From contig NC_043004.1 of assembly GCF_006345805.1 (NCBI RefSeq), forward strand, positions 42,966,001 through 43,030,000: DNA of 64,000 nucleotides. Reading direction: 5' to 3'. The stretch's first letter is position 1. Each line of letters opens with the position of its first letter. Both the position numbers and the translations under genes were made by a program. The DNA is from Octopus sinensis. Taxonomy: Eukaryota. Under the pieces are notes generated by a model. It was not told the DNA's origin and ran no database searches. It saw only the letters and a program-made list of their open reading frames with translations. Below, piece by piece: positions 62,931 through 64,000 of the stretch.

Positions 62931-64000
62931 CCCTAGGAGTTCATTACTTGTCTGGACTCAGTCATTCTATCTTCCGATTTCTCGTCAGTGATCATGTTGT
63001 GTCCGATAATTACCAGTGTGAAGCGAGGATAACCTTTCAGAACATGTGGTATCTATGCACCGAGATTTTGGAATTTAGCCATTCAGAGAGATCGAAAGGT
63101 GGCGGTACCATGAGGGCGTCCCATCTAACCCTTCAATTGATCTTGTCGTCTGGAATGTAGAGACTCTGTAAGGATTAATCCCTCTTCCATACAGTGTAAA
63201 ATTATTTACGTGCAGCTCTTCCAGTAACCGCGACCTTGTTCTACACTGTATAGATGTTTCGAGCGGCTTTGATAACTTTGGTAGTTTTGGAACTCTGAAT
63301 CAAATGGCAGCAAAGCAAATGTTTCAAATTTCCATTTGTTTCTACTCAGTACACATTTGCAATACGTAAAACAAAACTTGGACTGAAAATATAGAACTAC
63401 AGAAAACTATAAAAGACTGCAAGGAATATATTTAATTCAATGCAAATGATATGTTTCGAGATGGACAAAGTTCGTGTTGTAAGCAGGAAAAATGGAATGT
63501 ACTTTTCGAACCCTGAATAACAGAAAATATCGACTGGTTATGATTGAGCTGTCCAAATACGAAAATGCCAAAAAATGTTATGCTGCAATAAAGTTAGTTG
63601 TCTATGTAATGCAAAAGTGATAACATGGCAGGAGAAAATTATTAGCTTGTTTAATAAAAATAAAGCTGTTTTCTTCTGGTTATACATTAATAATATATGG
63701 GCAGTATACCTTCGAAGTATAAAGCAAACTTAAAGACGTAAACAAAATTTCATTAATAAAATCTTCGCAAAAAATCACAAAACAACCTTGCTTCCAAACT
63801 TTATGAGATGTTAAGATTGTTTTTTCTTAGATTCATCGGAGAAGATATTTGAATGATCAGTTATAAGAAAATAACCCTGAAAATTATAAGATGTAAATAT
63901 ATGATAAAAAATGAATGTTAATATATTCTTTGATCAATGCTTTTCATAAAATTAAACGGTAGAGATATGGAAACAGAAAATGTCATGGTAGGTATATATT

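Noticed and set aside
63000-63720. Possible additional RTE and Dong RT remnants
   Set aside because: Only faint motif echoes (HVNNFTLYG; INNIWAV); not enough to call.

Overview
AT-rich, microsatellite-dense eukaryotic DNA. The SINE and repeat families look like those of Octopus (coleoid cephalopod); this is recognition from memory, not a database result. No intact protein-coding gene can be supported, and most ORF-track entries are translations of (TA)n, (CA)n or (AAT)n repeats. The window contains: (1) at least five tRNA-headed SINE families; (2) decayed LINEs (CR1/L2-group, RTE, and several R4/Dong-type RLE pieces); (3) mariner remnants, MITE/foldback elements and Helitron pieces; (4) several families of short repeats carrying minimal type-I hammerhead-ribozyme (HHR) motifs of the kind known from Penelope-like elements. 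One of these appears to be a composite tRNA-head/(AAT)n/hammerhead-tail element present as a head-to-head pair; (5) a series of frameshifted LRR-like coding remnants, almost all on the minus strand, suggesting a decayed cluster of LRR receptor genes. Local rearrangements include an 817-bp tandem duplication and a 123-bp inverted templated copy with a 9-bp flanking duplication. All alignments and folds were done by eye, so coordinates of degenerate elements are approximate.
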